DNA from: Bacteroidia bacterium
GTDB taxonomy: Bacteria > Bacteroidota > Bacteroidia > UBA8524
NCBI GenBank assembly: GCA_964215915.1
Contig: CAXPEB010000080.1
Span: forward strand, 4,355 to 68,354
DNA: 64,000 nucleotides
Reading direction: 5' to 3'
The position numbers and the translations under genes are program-made. Shown here piece by piece: positions 20,208 through 29,728 of this stretch; position 1 is the first letter of the stretch, and every line of letters begins with the position of its first letter. The notes beneath the pieces are model-generated. The model saw only the letters and a program-made list of their open reading frames with translations. It ran no database searches and had not been told where the DNA came from.

Positions 20208-20238
20208 AAAACCTTCGCCGATTCCGACAAAGGTTTTC
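20196..20238 (-). terminator. Rho-independent terminator downstream of the DUF3276 gene (minus strand)
   Basis: On the minus strand, an AAACCTT(bulge)CG...CG...AAGGTTT hairpin is followed by TTTTTGTTTTTTTG. Confidence 0.55.
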
Positions 20239-20260
20239 TCTGAAATAAATTAATGTTCTA

Positions 20261-20581
20261 TCAGGCGTGCTCTTCCCCGTATCCTACCTCTTCGGTATCG
20301 CTGCGCCGGTATTCTTCGAAATCGTACTCGGGCATCAGCTCGGTTTTGACATGCCCCACCGTTTCATTCAGGGCATCCATAAACTTGTTAAAGTCTTCTT
20401 TGTACAGGAATATTTTATGCTTCACATACATCCCCGAATCCTGCTTCTTTTTGCTTTCGGTGATGGTAATGTAAAAATCATTCCCTCTTGTTGATTTTAC
20501 GTCAAAAAAGTAGGTGCGTTTTCCTGCACGGATCTTTTTGGAAAAGATCTCTTCCCTGTCTTGGTTTCTGAAATCGTCCAT
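20261..20581 (-). CDS. DUF3276 / PUR-alpha-like nucleic-acid-binding protein
   Basis: 106 aa (IFSKKIRAGKRTYFFDVKSTRGNDFYITITESKKK ... KIFLYKEDFNKF) typical of Bacteroidota Pur-alpha-like proteins. Confidence 0.65.
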   Translation of the reverse strand: MDDFRNQDREEIFSKKIRAGKRTYFFDVKSTRGNDFYITITESKKKQDSGMYVKHKIFLYKEDFNKFMDALNETVGHVKTELMPEYDFEEYRRSDTEEVGYGEEHA

Positions 20582-20656
20582 GTTTGCACTTTATACAGCG
20601 GAAAAGTATGTCATTTTTCTTAATAGCGCAAATACTGTAGGGAGTGCGGGTCGAAA

Positions 20657-22462
20657 TCAACCGTTTTTTTCTGCCTGTTCAAGCACAGTGCTTTCCTCCT
20701 GCAGGCTCTGGTGAGCATATAAGGCTGCATAGATACCGTCTTTTTTCATAAGGCTGGCATGATTTCCCTGTTCCACTACCCTGCCTTCTTCCAGCACCAG
20801 AATTTCGTCGGCCTGCATCACCGAAGATACCCGATGCGAAATAATCAGTACAGTCCGGTCCCGGAACAATTGACGAAAATTCGATAGTATCTCGGCTTCG
20901 GTGCGGCTGTCTACCGCAGAAAGGCAGTCGTCAAGGATCAATAGCTCCGGGTCCTTTACCAGTGCTCTGGCAATGGCTACCCGTTGTTTTTGTCCACCGG
21001 AAAGACTTATTCCCCGTTCACCCAGAAGGGTATCATAACCTGCCGGGAAGTCCTGAATGTTTTCGTGTACCGCTGCTGCCTTTGCCGCTTCCACCAGCAT
21101 TTCCCGGTTATACTCCCCTGACTTTAGTCCGAAGGCGATGTTTTCGGCTATGGAATCGCTGAACAGGAATACATCCTGGGGAACATACCCGATCTTATCC
21201 CGGTATTGGTCGAGATTGACTTCCTCAATCGGAACATCATCAATCAGAATACTACCCTTAACCGGGTCATGTAAGCGCAGAAAAAGCGAAGCCAGGGTAC
21301 TTTTTCCACTTCCTGTTGCTCCGATTACGCCCAAAGTAGCGCCTTTCTTAAGCTCAAACGTCAGGTCCTGAAGTGCCGGTTTTCGCTCATTTCCATAGCT
21401 GAACTCCACCTGGTTGAAAGCAATGCGGTCGTGGAAAGAAAAATCCCGACTGCTTGGGTTCCTTATTTCCGGTTTTTCATCCAGAAATTCATTGATACGG
21501 GCCTGGGAAGCGGCTGCACGCTGCACAATGGAAGTGACCCAACCCAGGGATGCCACCGGCCAGGTGAGCATGTTTACATAGAGCATGAATTCGGCGATAT
21601 TCCCGTAGGTAAGCCGGCCTGCTATAACTTCCCTTCCACCGATAAAAATTACGAGCAGGTTACTAAGTCCTATCAGCAACAGCATAAGAGGAAAGAATAA
21701 TGCATCGAAACGGGCAAGTGAAAGCGCTTTTTGCCGGTAAGTCTCGTTCTCTTCCTCAAACCCTTTCCAGGAGTCCTGGCCCACGCCGAACGCCTTCATC
21801 ACCCGGATTCCCGAAAAGGCTTCCTGCACAAATGTGGTCAGGGCTGACAACTGGTTCTGTATGGCGTCGCTTCTTTTATAGATGATGGTATTGACCAGGT
21901 AGATGGATATCGACAATATTGGTAGGGGAAGCAGTACCCAAAGCGTCAGGGTAGTGTTGATGATCACCATGTTGTAAATAACAAACCCGAAGGTAGCCAA
22001 CAGGTTCAGGCTATACATAACCGCAGGCCCCAGGTACATCCGCACCCGGCTTACGTCTTCGGAAATCCGGTTCATCAGGTCGCCGGTATTGTTTCTCCGG
22101 TAAAATGAGGTGCTGAGGCTTTGGTATTGATGGAAAATCTCGTTTTTCTGATCGTATTCGATATGCCTGGACATCACGATCAGGGTTTGGCGCATGAGAA
22201 AAAGAAACACGCCTTTGGCCAGTGCAGCCCCAAGAATAAAGAGCCCGATAATAAACGTTTGGTGTAGCAATTCTCCCTGCATCACTTCGTCCCAGCCGGA
22301 AGTACTACTTTCCACCTTTTCCGCCACCGTATCAATGGCTTGCTTAACATAACGGGGCTGAAGTATTCCGAAATAGTTATTAATAAGGGTAAAAAGGATA
22401 CCTAAACCAAAATGGTAGCGGTATTTCCAGAAGTACTTGTTTAGCGCTGCGAGGGATTTCAA
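20657..22462 (-). CDS. ABC exporter, fused permease/ATPase (MsbA/type-I exporter-like)
   Basis: 601 aa with an N-terminal 6-TM domain, then Walker [25 protein letters not shown], and ILDDCLSAVD. Confidence 0.9.
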   Translation of the reverse strand: MKSLAALNKYFWKYRYHFGLGILFTLINNYFGILQPRYVKQAIDTVAEKVESSTSGWDEVMQGELLHQTFIIGLFILGAALAKGVFLFLMRQTLIVMSRHIEYDQKNEIFHQYQSLSTSFYRRNNTGDLMNRISEDVSRVRMYLGPAVMYSLNLLATFGFVIYNMVIINTTLTLWVLLPLPILSISIYLVNTIIYKRSDAIQNQLSALTTFVQEAFSGIRVMKAFGVGQDSWKGFEEENETYRQKALSLARFDALFFPLMLLLIGLSNLLVIFIGGREVIAGRLTYGNIAEFMLYVNMLTWPVASLGWVTSIVQRAAASQARINEFLDEKPEIRNPSSRDFSFHDRIAFNQVEFSYGNERKPALQDLTFELKKGATLGVIGATGSGKSTLASLFLRLHDPVKGSILIDDVPIEEVNLDQYRDKIGYVPQDVFLFSDSIAENIAFGLKSGEYNREMLVEAAKAAAVHENIQDFPAGYDTLLGERGISLSGGQKQRVAIARALVKDPELLILDDCLSAVDSRTEAEILSNFRQLFRDRTVLIISHRVSSVMQADEILVLEEGRVVEQGNHASLMKKDGIYAALYAHQSLQEESTVLEQAEKNG

Positions 22463-22537
22463 GTGTTGGGAAAAATCAGTTGACTTTTAATTTTCTTGGC
22501 TACTTTTGTGCCACTTTTTGCAAACATAGCTACTCTT

Positions 22538-23635
22538 ATGATGGAAGTAAAAGAAATGTCATCGACTTCGTTCGAACTTTTTAACCAGGTTGCCCTTCAT
22601 GATCATGAACAAATCATGATCTGTCAGGACAATGCAACCGGTTTGAAAGCCATAATCGCCATCCACAATACCGTGCTTGGACCGGGACTGGGTGGTACCC
22701 GAATCTGGAATTACAAAAGCGAGGCTGATGCCATTACCGATGTATTGCGTCTGAGCCGGGGAATGACCTACAAGGCCTCTATCTCCGGATTGAACCTCGG
22801 AGGAGCCAAAGCAGTTATCATCGGCGATGCCAAGCAGATTAAATCCGAAGCGCTCTTCCGTAAATTCGGACGTTTCGTGGAAAACCTGGCAGGTAAATAC
22901 ATCACAGCCGAAGACGTGAACACCACCACCAAAGACATGGAATACGTAGCCATGGAAACCGAACATGTGGTAGGTTTACCCGAATCCATGGGTGGCGGAG
23001 GCGACCCCTCTCCTGTTACCGCATACGGTACTTATATGGGCATGAAAGCTTCTGCCAAAAGAGCCTGGGGTAATGACAGCCTGGCGGGGAAAACCATAGC
23101 CGTACAAGGTATTGGTAAAGTTGGATTCCACCTGCTGGAACTGCTGCACAAAGAAGGCGCTAAGCTTTACGTGGCCGATATCAATGACGCTGCCCTTCAA
23201 ACCGCCTCCGATCAATTCGGAGCCATCGTGGTAAGTTCCGATGATATTTTCGATCTGGATGTGGATGTTTTCTCGCCTTGTGCGCTTGGAGCAGTGCTGA
23301 ACACCGAAACAATCAACCGACTGAAATGCAGTGTGATTGCCGGAGCAGCCAACAACCAGCTGGCCGAAGAAAAACTTCACGGACAATTGCTGGTGGACAA
23401 AGGCATATTCTACGCCCCCGACTTCCTGATCAATGCCGGCGGACTGATCAACGTTTACCAGGAATATATCGGCTATAACCGCGAACGGGCATACAGCGCC
23501 ACCGAAAAGATTTACGATACCACATTGGAGATTTACAATAAAGCGGCTGAAACCAATATCCCAACTCAGCTTGCGGCCACTCAACTTGCTGAAGAGCGGG
23601 TTCATGGCATTATGAAAGTGCGTTCCACAATCTGA
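22538..23635 (+). CDS. Leucine (Glu/Leu/Phe/Val family) dehydrogenase
   Basis: MEVKEM...EQIMICQDNATGLKAIIAIHNTVLGPGLGGTRIWNY and GLNLGGAKAVIIGD parallel Bacillus LeuDH. The start is at 22538 or 22541, and the track start 22496 is GTG-type. Confidence 0.85.
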   Translation: MMEVKEMSSTSFELFNQVALHDHEQIMICQDNATGLKAIIAIHNTVLGPGLGGTRIWNYKSEADAITDVLRLSRGMTYKASISGLNLGGAKAVIIGDAKQIKSEALFRKFGRFVENLAGKYITAEDVNTTTKDMEYVAMETEHVVGLPESMGGGGDPSPVTAYGTYMGMKASAKRAWGNDSLAGKTIAVQGIGKVGFHLLELLHKEGAKLYVADINDAALQTASDQFGAIVVSSDDIFDLDVDVFSPCALGAVLNTETINRLKCSVIAGAANNQLAEEKLHGQLLVDKGIFYAPDFLINAGGLINVYQEYIGYNRERAYSATEKIYDTTLEIYNKAAETNIPTQLAATQLAEERVHGIMKVRSTI

Positions 23636-23658
23636 TCTCCATTACCAAAAAAAATAAC

Positions 23659-23686
23659 AGGCATCCTTCGGGGTGCCTTTTTTTAT
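23659..23686 (+). terminator. Rho-independent terminator after the leucine dehydrogenase gene
   Basis: AGGCATCC-ttcg-GGGTGCCT hairpin followed by TTTTTTT. Confidence 0.65.
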
Positions 23687-23717
23687 GTATTCGCCCAAAG
23701 CCGATTATTTTTGATGC

Positions 23718-24443
23718 ATGAAGAAACTGGCTGTCATTCCTGCACGCTATGCCTCCACTCGCTTTCCGGGTAAGCCCCTGGCAGACCTGCTTGGAAAACC
23801 GATGATCCAGTGGGTTTTCGAGGGTACCGTCGCCGCCGGCATCTTTGACAAGGTGGTGGTAGCCACAGACGACACCCGAATCCTGGAATGTGTGGAATCC
23901 TTTGGAGGCAATGCAACAATGACTCACGAGTCACACCCTAACGGGACCTCGCGTTGCGCAGAGGTTGCCACCCTGTTTCCCGAATACGAAACGGTGCTGA
24001 ATGTGCAGGGCGATGAACCGCTGGTTTCCGCAAAAGTTCTGGGGCAAATTACCGGGCTAATCGAAACCGGCGCCCCAATTGCCAGTGCCCGGAGGAAAGC
24101 TACACCGGAAGAGAACCCAAACACCGCTTCCCTGGTCAAAGTAGTTAGCGACCTTCAGGGAAAAGCTCTTTACTTTTCCCGAAGCCCGGTCCCCTTCTAC
24201 CGGGATCAAACAGCAGATGATTATTTCATTCATGTGGGCATTTACGGGTTTCGGCGGGAAACCTTGCTTGAAATTGTCAAACTGCCCCCGACTCCGCTGG
24301 AGCAGGCAGAGAACCTGGAACAATTGCGCTGGCTTGAACACGGGTTTTCCATCCACTTAACAGAGATCAGCGAAGCCGCCCTCTCGGTAGATACACCTGA
24401 GGACCTGGACGACCTGATTGCCTATTTAAAGCAGAATCCATGA
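23718..24443 (+). CDS. kdsB: 3-deoxy-manno-octulosonate cytidylyltransferase (CMP-Kdo synthetase)
   Basis: MKKLAVIPARYASTRFPGKPL N-terminus and the NVQGDEP motif. Confidence 0.9.
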   Translation: MKKLAVIPARYASTRFPGKPLADLLGKPMIQWVFEGTVAAGIFDKVVVATDDTRILECVESFGGNATMTHESHPNGTSRCAEVATLFPEYETVLNVQGDEPLVSAKVLGQITGLIETGAPIASARRKATPEENPNTASLVKVVSDLQGKALYFSRSPVPFYRDQTADDYFIHVGIYGFRRETLLEIVKLPPTPLEQAENLEQLRWLEHGFSIHLTEISEAALSVDTPEDLDDLIAYLKQNP

Positions 24444-24892
24444 GCAACTCCATAAAACAAGCCTGGGTCGATAAAGCCGTTCAGGTGTTGGAAGAACGTA
24501 TACTTCATATCCGCAACTCCATACAAAGAGCAACGGAAGCAGCCAATAGCGAAGAAAAAAGCTCTGCAGGCGATAAATACGAGACGGCTCGCGCCATGAG
24601 TCACCTGGAGCGGGATATGCATGCCGCACAGCTGGGAAAAGCCGAACAGGAATTACTGGCGCTTAAAAAGCTGGACCTTGCCAAAAAGGATCGCATGTTT
24701 CCGGGGGCAGCTGCCAAAACCAGTGAAGGCTGGTATTTTCTCTCTATAGGGCTGGGCGCCCTCGAAACCCAGGAAAACAAGGTAATCCTGCTGTCGCCGG
24801 CCTCTCCATTAGGAAAACTGTTCCGGGAGAAAACCGCCGGAGACACGGTTCGTTTCAATCAGAAAGACCTTTTTATCGAAGAAGTACTATGA
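24440..24892 (+). CDS. GreA/GreB-domain protein (transcript cleavage factor-like, short form)
   Basis: 150 aa with an N-terminal coiled coil and a C-terminal FKBP-like GDTVRF segment. 4-nt overlaps with kdsB and the ABC-F gene indicate an operon. Confidence 0.6.
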   Translation: MSNSIKQAWVDKAVQVLEERILHIRNSIQRATEAANSEEKSSAGDKYETARAMSHLERDMHAAQLGKAEQELLALKKLDLAKKDRMFPGAAAKTSEGWYFLSIGLGALETQENKVILLSPASPLGKLFREKTAGDTVRFNQKDLFIEEVL

Positions 24893-26769
24893 ATGTCCTT
24901 TCCGTAGAGAATCTGAGCAAGTCTTTCGGTAGCCGGATACTCTTCCGGAACATTAGCTTCGGTATAGAATCCGGACAAAAAGTCGGGCTGGTGGCTCGAA
25001 ACGGCAGCGGTAAAACCACCTTGTTCCGTATCCTGCAGGGACTGGACATTCCGGATTCGGGGGAAGTGGCTTTTAATAAAAATATCCGGACCGGATTCCT
25101 CGATCAGGAGCCACAGTTTCCGGCTGGGCTCAGTGTGTATGAAGCCCTTTTCACCGGAGATTCTCCCCAGCTACAAGCCGTTCGCGAATATGAGCTGGCA
25201 CTGGAAGCCTTTGAAATGAAAGCCGGCCCGGAAACTCAGCAAAACCTGGAGACTGCCATGAACCGGATGGAAGAAGCTGCTGCCTGGGACATGGAAAACC
25301 GGATCAAAACCGTGCTTCATCAACTTGACATACGGTCTCTGAACCAAAAAGTGGAGACGCTTTCCGGCGGACAGGTAAAACGTCTTGCCTTGGCAACCCT
25401 GCTGATCGATGAGCCCGACTTACTGGTACTCGATGAGCCGACCAACCACCTTGATATTGAAATGATCGAATGGCTGGAATCCTGGATAGAACGGAGCACA
25501 CTAAGTCTTCTGCTGGTTACTCACGACCGTCATTTCCTCGACAATGTGTGTGAAGAAATACTCGAACTGGATCAGGGAGGCCTGTTTCGTCACCGCGGTA
25601 ATTATGAGTATTTCCTGGAAAAGAAAGCCGAAAGAGAATTTAATGAAGAGCGTGAGCTGGAAAAAGATAAGAACCTGTTCAGGAGAGAGTTAGAATGGGT
25701 ACGCAGACAACCAAAAGCGCGCGGGACAAAATCAAAATCCAGGCTGGATGCCTTTGACCGTCTCAGTGAAAAGCTACAACGCGGACCGGCACAATCCGAT
25801 ATCGAAATGGGTTTCCGCATGCAGCGACTGGGAAATAAAATTCTGGAACTGCATGCTGTCTCCAAATCGTACGGAGAGAAACCCCTGCTAAACCGCTTTG
25901 AGCATATCTTCCGAAAGGGAGAGCGTGTTGGCATTGTAGGCAAAAACGGAAGTGGAAAGTCGACTCTGCTGAACCTCATCACCGGGAAAACACAACCCGA
26001 TGAAGGCAAGGTAGTGGTGGGTGAAACCGTCAGGTTCGGGTATTATTCCCAGGCAGGTTTACCGATGGAGGAAGAAAAAAGAGTGATCGAAGTGGTGCAG
26101 GAAGTGGGTGATTCCCTGACCATGGCCGATGGTTCTGTTTTGAATGCTTCCCAGTTATTGAAACGGTTCGGGTTTCCACCGGAGCACCAGTTCGGGCCGG
26201 TTTCCAAGCTCAGCGGAGGTGAGAAAAAGCGACTGTACCTGTTAACGGTATTGATGGATAACCCGAATTTCCTGATCCTTGATGAGCCCACCAACGACCT
26301 TGATCTGGACACCCTGGCTGTCCTGGAAAGCTTTCTGACGGATTTCCCCGGCTGCCTGCTGGTGGTTTCCCACGACCGTTATTTCCTGGATCGGCTGTGT
26401 GAACACCTGTTTATCTTCGAAGGACAGGGAAAAATCCGTGATTTCAACGGCTCGTATTCCGAATACCGTTTTCTGCGCAACGAGGAGATCAGGCAGGAAA
26501 AGGCAGATGTAGCCCGGGAGAAAACACCGGAAACAAAAATAGAAACCCCGGAGTCCACCCGAAAGAAACTCAGCTACAAAGAAAAAAAGGAGTTGGAGGA
26601 GTTGGATGCCCTGCTTCCGCAGTTGGAGAGCCGTAAATCGGAATTAGAACAAGCACTTAACGATGCCGGTGGCGATCATGAAAAGATCCAGGAACTAAGC
26701 GAAAAACTGGGTAAGCTGCAGGAAGAACTGGAGGAAAAGGAGCTGCGCTGGCTGGAGTTGAATGATTGA
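24889..26769 (+). CDS. ABC-F family ATPase (tandem ABC domains with inter-domain linker and C-terminal coiled coil)
   Basis: Two sets of Walker A / signature / Walker B: ARNGSGKTT, LSGGQVKRLALA, LVLDEPTNHLD; then GKNGSGKST, LSGGEKKRLYL, LILDEPTNDLD. Confidence 0.9.
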   Translation: MNVLSVENLSKSFGSRILFRNISFGIESGQKVGLVARNGSGKTTLFRILQGLDIPDSGEVAFNKNIRTGFLDQEPQFPAGLSVYEALFTGDSPQLQAVREYELALEAFEMKAGPETQQNLETAMNRMEEAAAWDMENRIKTVLHQLDIRSLNQKVETLSGGQVKRLALATLLIDEPDLLVLDEPTNHLDIEMIEWLESWIERSTLSLLLVTHDRHFLDNVCEEILELDQGGLFRHRGNYEYFLEKKAEREFNEERELEKDKNLFRRELEWVRRQPKARGTKSKSRLDAFDRLSEKLQRGPAQSDIEMGFRMQRLGNKILELHAVSKSYGEKPLLNRFEHIFRKGERVGIVGKNGSGKSTLLNLITGKTQPDEGKVVVGETVRFGYYSQAGLPMEEEKRVIEVVQEVGDSLTMADGSVLNASQLLKRFGFPPEHQFGPVSKLSGGEKKRLYLLTVLMDNPNFLILDEPTNDLDLDTLAVLESFLTDFPGCLLVVSHDRYFLDRLCEHLFIFEGQGKIRDFNGSYSEYRFLRNEEIRQEKADVAREKTPETKIETPESTRKKLSYKEKKELEELDALLPQLESRKSELEQALNDAGGDHEKIQELSEKLGKLQEELEEKELRWLELND

Positions 26770-26801
26770 TTAAGCGCTTCCCTGCTTCTCTTTTGTGTTG
26801 C

Positions 26802-28070
26802 CTATTGATCAGAAGAATACTTCCCTTTCCACCACCCTTCCATACGCTTACGGATCTCGTCTTCCCTGGTGTTTTCAGCCGGACGGTAAAAGGCAGTACC
26901 CCGAACTGCTCCGGGCAGGAATTCCTGCTCTACAAAATGCCCGGGGTAACTGTGCGCATACTTGTAATCCTTTCCATACCCCATCTCCTCCATTAACTTG
27001 GTGGGCGCATTACGAAGATGAAGAGGCACCTCCAGATCGCCGGTTTCCCTGACGCGCTTAAGCGCCTCATCCATAGCCTTATAAGTCGAGTTACTTTTAG
27101 GAGCTGTTGCCAGGTAAACCGTCACTTCACTAAGTATGATTCGTGCTTCTGGATACCCAATCACATTGCAGGACTGAAAGCAGGCATTGGCCATTAGCAG
27201 GGCTTGCGGATCGGCAAGTCCGACATCTTCCGAGGCAAAAATGAGCATACGCCTGGCGATAAACAGCGGATCCTCACCGGCATTCACCATTCTGGCCAGG
27301 TAATACAAAGCCGCATTCGGGTCACTTCCCCGCATGGATTTGATAAACGCGGATACGATATCGTAATGCTGTTCCCCGTTTTTATCGTACCGGGCCACCT
27401 GTTGTTTGGCCACTTTTTTCACCAACTCATTGGTTACGGTTACTTCGTGTGCTCCGGCCTGCAATACCGCCATCTCAAAAAGGTTCAGAAGGCGACGGGC
27501 ATCTCCGCCCGAAAGCAGCAGAAGAGCCTCCTGCTCTTTTATGGTAATTTTTTTACCCTTCAGAACGAGGTCTTCTTCCATAGCCCGATTCACCATACGC
27601 AACAGATCATCGGCACTGTGGTTATCCAGGTGGTATACCTGACAACGGGAAAGCAAGGCAGCAATCACTTCAAAAGAAGGGTTTTCGGTAGTTGCACCGA
27701 TCAGGGTAATTTTTCCCCGCTCCACGGCCCCTAACAGTGCATCCTGCTGGGATTTACTGAAGCGGTGAATTTCATCGATAAACAATACCGGAGGAAACAG
27801 GCCTCCGCCACTCCCAATCACTTCCCGTACCTCTTTGACACCGGCCGAAACGGCACTTAACACATGGAAAGGACGTTTGAGCTGCCGGGCGATCAGTTCC
27901 GCCAGAGTGGTTTTCCCCACACCGGGAGGTCCCCAGAAAATCATACTTGGGATATTTCCCGAATCCAGGAACCGGGTAATGACCCCTTCCGGACCTATCA
28001 GGTGTTCCTGCCCGATATACGCATCAAGCGTTTTCGGGCGCATACGTTCAGCGAGGGGAATTTGCTGCAT
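26802..28070 (-). CDS. rarA: Replication-associated recombination protein A (AAA+ ATPase)
   Basis: [11 protein letters not shown] Walker A, IDEIHRF sensor region, and the MgsA C-terminal domain. Confidence 0.9.
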   Translation of the reverse strand: MQQIPLAERMRPKTLDAYIGQEHLIGPEGVITRFLDSGNIPSMIFWGPPGVGKTTLAELIARQLKRPFHVLSAVSAGVKEVREVIGSGGGLFPPVLFIDEIHRFSKSQQDALLGAVERGKITLIGATTENPSFEVIAALLSRCQVYHLDNHSADDLLRMVNRAMEEDLVLKGKKITIKEQEALLLLSGGDARRLLNLFEMAVLQAGAHEVTVTNELVKKVAKQQVARYDKNGEQHYDIVSAFIKSMRGSDPNAALYYLARMVNAGEDPLFIARRMLIFASEDVGLADPQALLMANACFQSCNVIGYPEARIILSEVTVYLATAPKSNSTYKAMDEALKRVRETGDLEVPLHLRNAPTKLMEEMGYGKDYKYAHSYPGHFVEQEFLPGAVRGTAFYRPAENTREDEIRKRMEGWWKGKYSSDQ

Positions 28071-28156
28071 GAAGCAAAGATAAACGGAACCGGGGAGCCT
28101 GAACAGACGATTTCCCGGAATACATGCGTTCCTTCGTATATTCCTGCTAAAGTCAA

Positions 28157-28489
28157 ATGATACGCTACCTGATCCTCACCGGCACCTGGCAGGTAATCCT
28201 GGTGCAATACGGCGAGGAAAGTCAGTCGTTTGAAGATGTGTATATGGAATTCGGCGCAGAGAATGAATCCATCTACCGGAATGATTCTATCACGTATCGG
28301 GATACGTATTCCCTGGAAGTAATCCATAATCGTTACCGTAATGACAGCAGCCTGCTGATACACCTAAGTCTTCCGTCCTGGATACCGGTAAGCTCCGGCA
28401 CTTTTACCGTGCAGTCCATAGGAAAATCCGGAATGATACTGGCCGGAATGAATCACGATGCTCAAATTCATTTGAGAAAACAGGAATAA
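28157..28489 (+). CDS. Hypothetical small protein (110 aa)
   Basis: ATG-initiated ORF divergent from rarA. No recognisable motif. Confidence 0.35.
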   Translation: MIRYLILTGTWQVILVQYGEESQSFEDVYMEFGAENESIYRNDSITYRDTYSLEVIHNRYRNDSSLLIHLSLPSWIPVSSGTFTVQSIGKSGMILAGMNHDAQIHLRKQE

Positions 28490-28825
28490 GCTGCAATGAT
28501 TTCTTTTCCCTGGCATTGGTATATGTAAGGTCACAGATACACCTTTCTACAGCCTCTCCTTATGAACTGCGAACACAGTGCCTGGATCAGTGATTCCTGG
28601 TACCGCATCGACCATAAAGGAATACGGCAGGATCCATAAAATCACGGAATACCGTGAATAACCGGGATGCGGATATCCGCTAATCTTGTAGCGGAGTTGG
28701 GGCTCATTAGCGAGTTTGAGTCGTAACTCCTGGAAAGTTCGAAGGGAATACCCGAATCCGTCAAACAGGTTCGGGTTCCCTTGATAGGATAAAACGGGGT
28801 GTTTTACACGCACAATTTTTTAATT

Positions 28826-29728
28826 ATGTCAAATAAAACCCCCATTCAACCGGAACAAAAGCCCGTGATGCAAGACCGGCAATTGTCGGTTTCAGGCCTT
28901 AACGAGGAGCTTGAGTTCATTCATCAGTTCAACCTGGAACGTTTGCTTCGCAGGTTGCATCAGCAGGAAATTCCTGCCCTGTCCTATACTCCGGGTGGCA
29001 ATGATGCCCGGAATATGCTCACTCTGCCCGGCACAGCCGGTGTTTTTATTACGCGCAGAGGGAATAATCTGCTGTCCGATCTGGTTAAAGCCGTTCAGGA
29101 TCCAAGGTCCGAACACCATGACCAGGTAGTTCAAAAAATACGTCATGGTCGGCCAGATAGCGGGCCAGGATATGCCGGAAGAGTTCGTGAGGAAATTCTC
29201 GGTTCGGAAACCGTGTTTGATATTCAATGCGGAAATCGCACGATTATGGACGGCGCCATACTCCGGGAAAATCGTGATTTCGTATTCATTGCCCTACCCT
29301 ATTGCGGCACGCCTTCGCTCAGAACCCCACAATCCACAACCACTTTTCCTGTCCTGCAATTCAATCAATACCTTAAAAACATTTCCGATCCTGAACTGGA
29401 GGCCTTGGTTCTGTTTCATGAACCCATGTTAAATCTATCCGAAACAGAAAAGTTAGCCCGCCTGCCTGTAGCACAGTATGATGTTCTGGTAGGGAATACG
29501 CCGTATTCCATTTCTTCGGAAATCTGGTATGTCTCTACCGTTGCCGCTTCGTCTGTAATTCTAATGCCACCCCTGCCTGAGGTTTCCGGCACCGACACAC
29601 TACGCGAAATACACCTCGGAGAACCCTTGTTTGATCGCCTGAGTCCGCAACAGCTGGCAAGAGAACTGATAGCCATACGAAGTAAGTATCTCTCGCACCG
29701 CGAATCCTGGGAATTTGACCCTTTATAG
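28826..29728 (+). CDS. Hypothetical protein (about 300 aa), no recognisable family
   Basis: Longest ORF in an otherwise unassignable 1.6-kb block. First ATG at 28826 (MSNKTPIQPEQ...), and the track start 28799 is GTG. Convergent with PrsW, overlapping by 6 nt. Confidence 0.4.
   Translation: MSNKTPIQPEQKPVMQDRQLSVSGLNEELEFIHQFNLERLLRRLHQQEIPALSYTPGGNDARNMLTLPGTAGVFITRRGNNLLSDLVKAVQDPRSEHHDQVVQKIRHGRPDSGPGYAGRVREEILGSETVFDIQCGNRTIMDGAILRENRDFVFIALPYCGTPSLRTPQSTTTFPVLQFNQYLKNISDPELEALVLFHEPMLNLSETEKLARLPVAQYDVLVGNTPYSISSEIWYVSTVAASSVILMPPLPEVSGTDTLREIHLGEPLFDRLSPQQLARELIAIRSKYLSHRESWEFDPL

Noticed and set aside
22976-23605. 209-aa minus-strand ORF.
   Set aside because: Antisense to the leucine dehydrogenase gene.
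28700-28790. RNase P RNA or another known ncRNA, prompted by GGAAAGTTCGAAGGG resembling the RNase P P4 GGAAAGTCCGGGC.
   Set aside because: Only a partial match. The remaining universally conserved RNase P elements are absent and the region is far too short.
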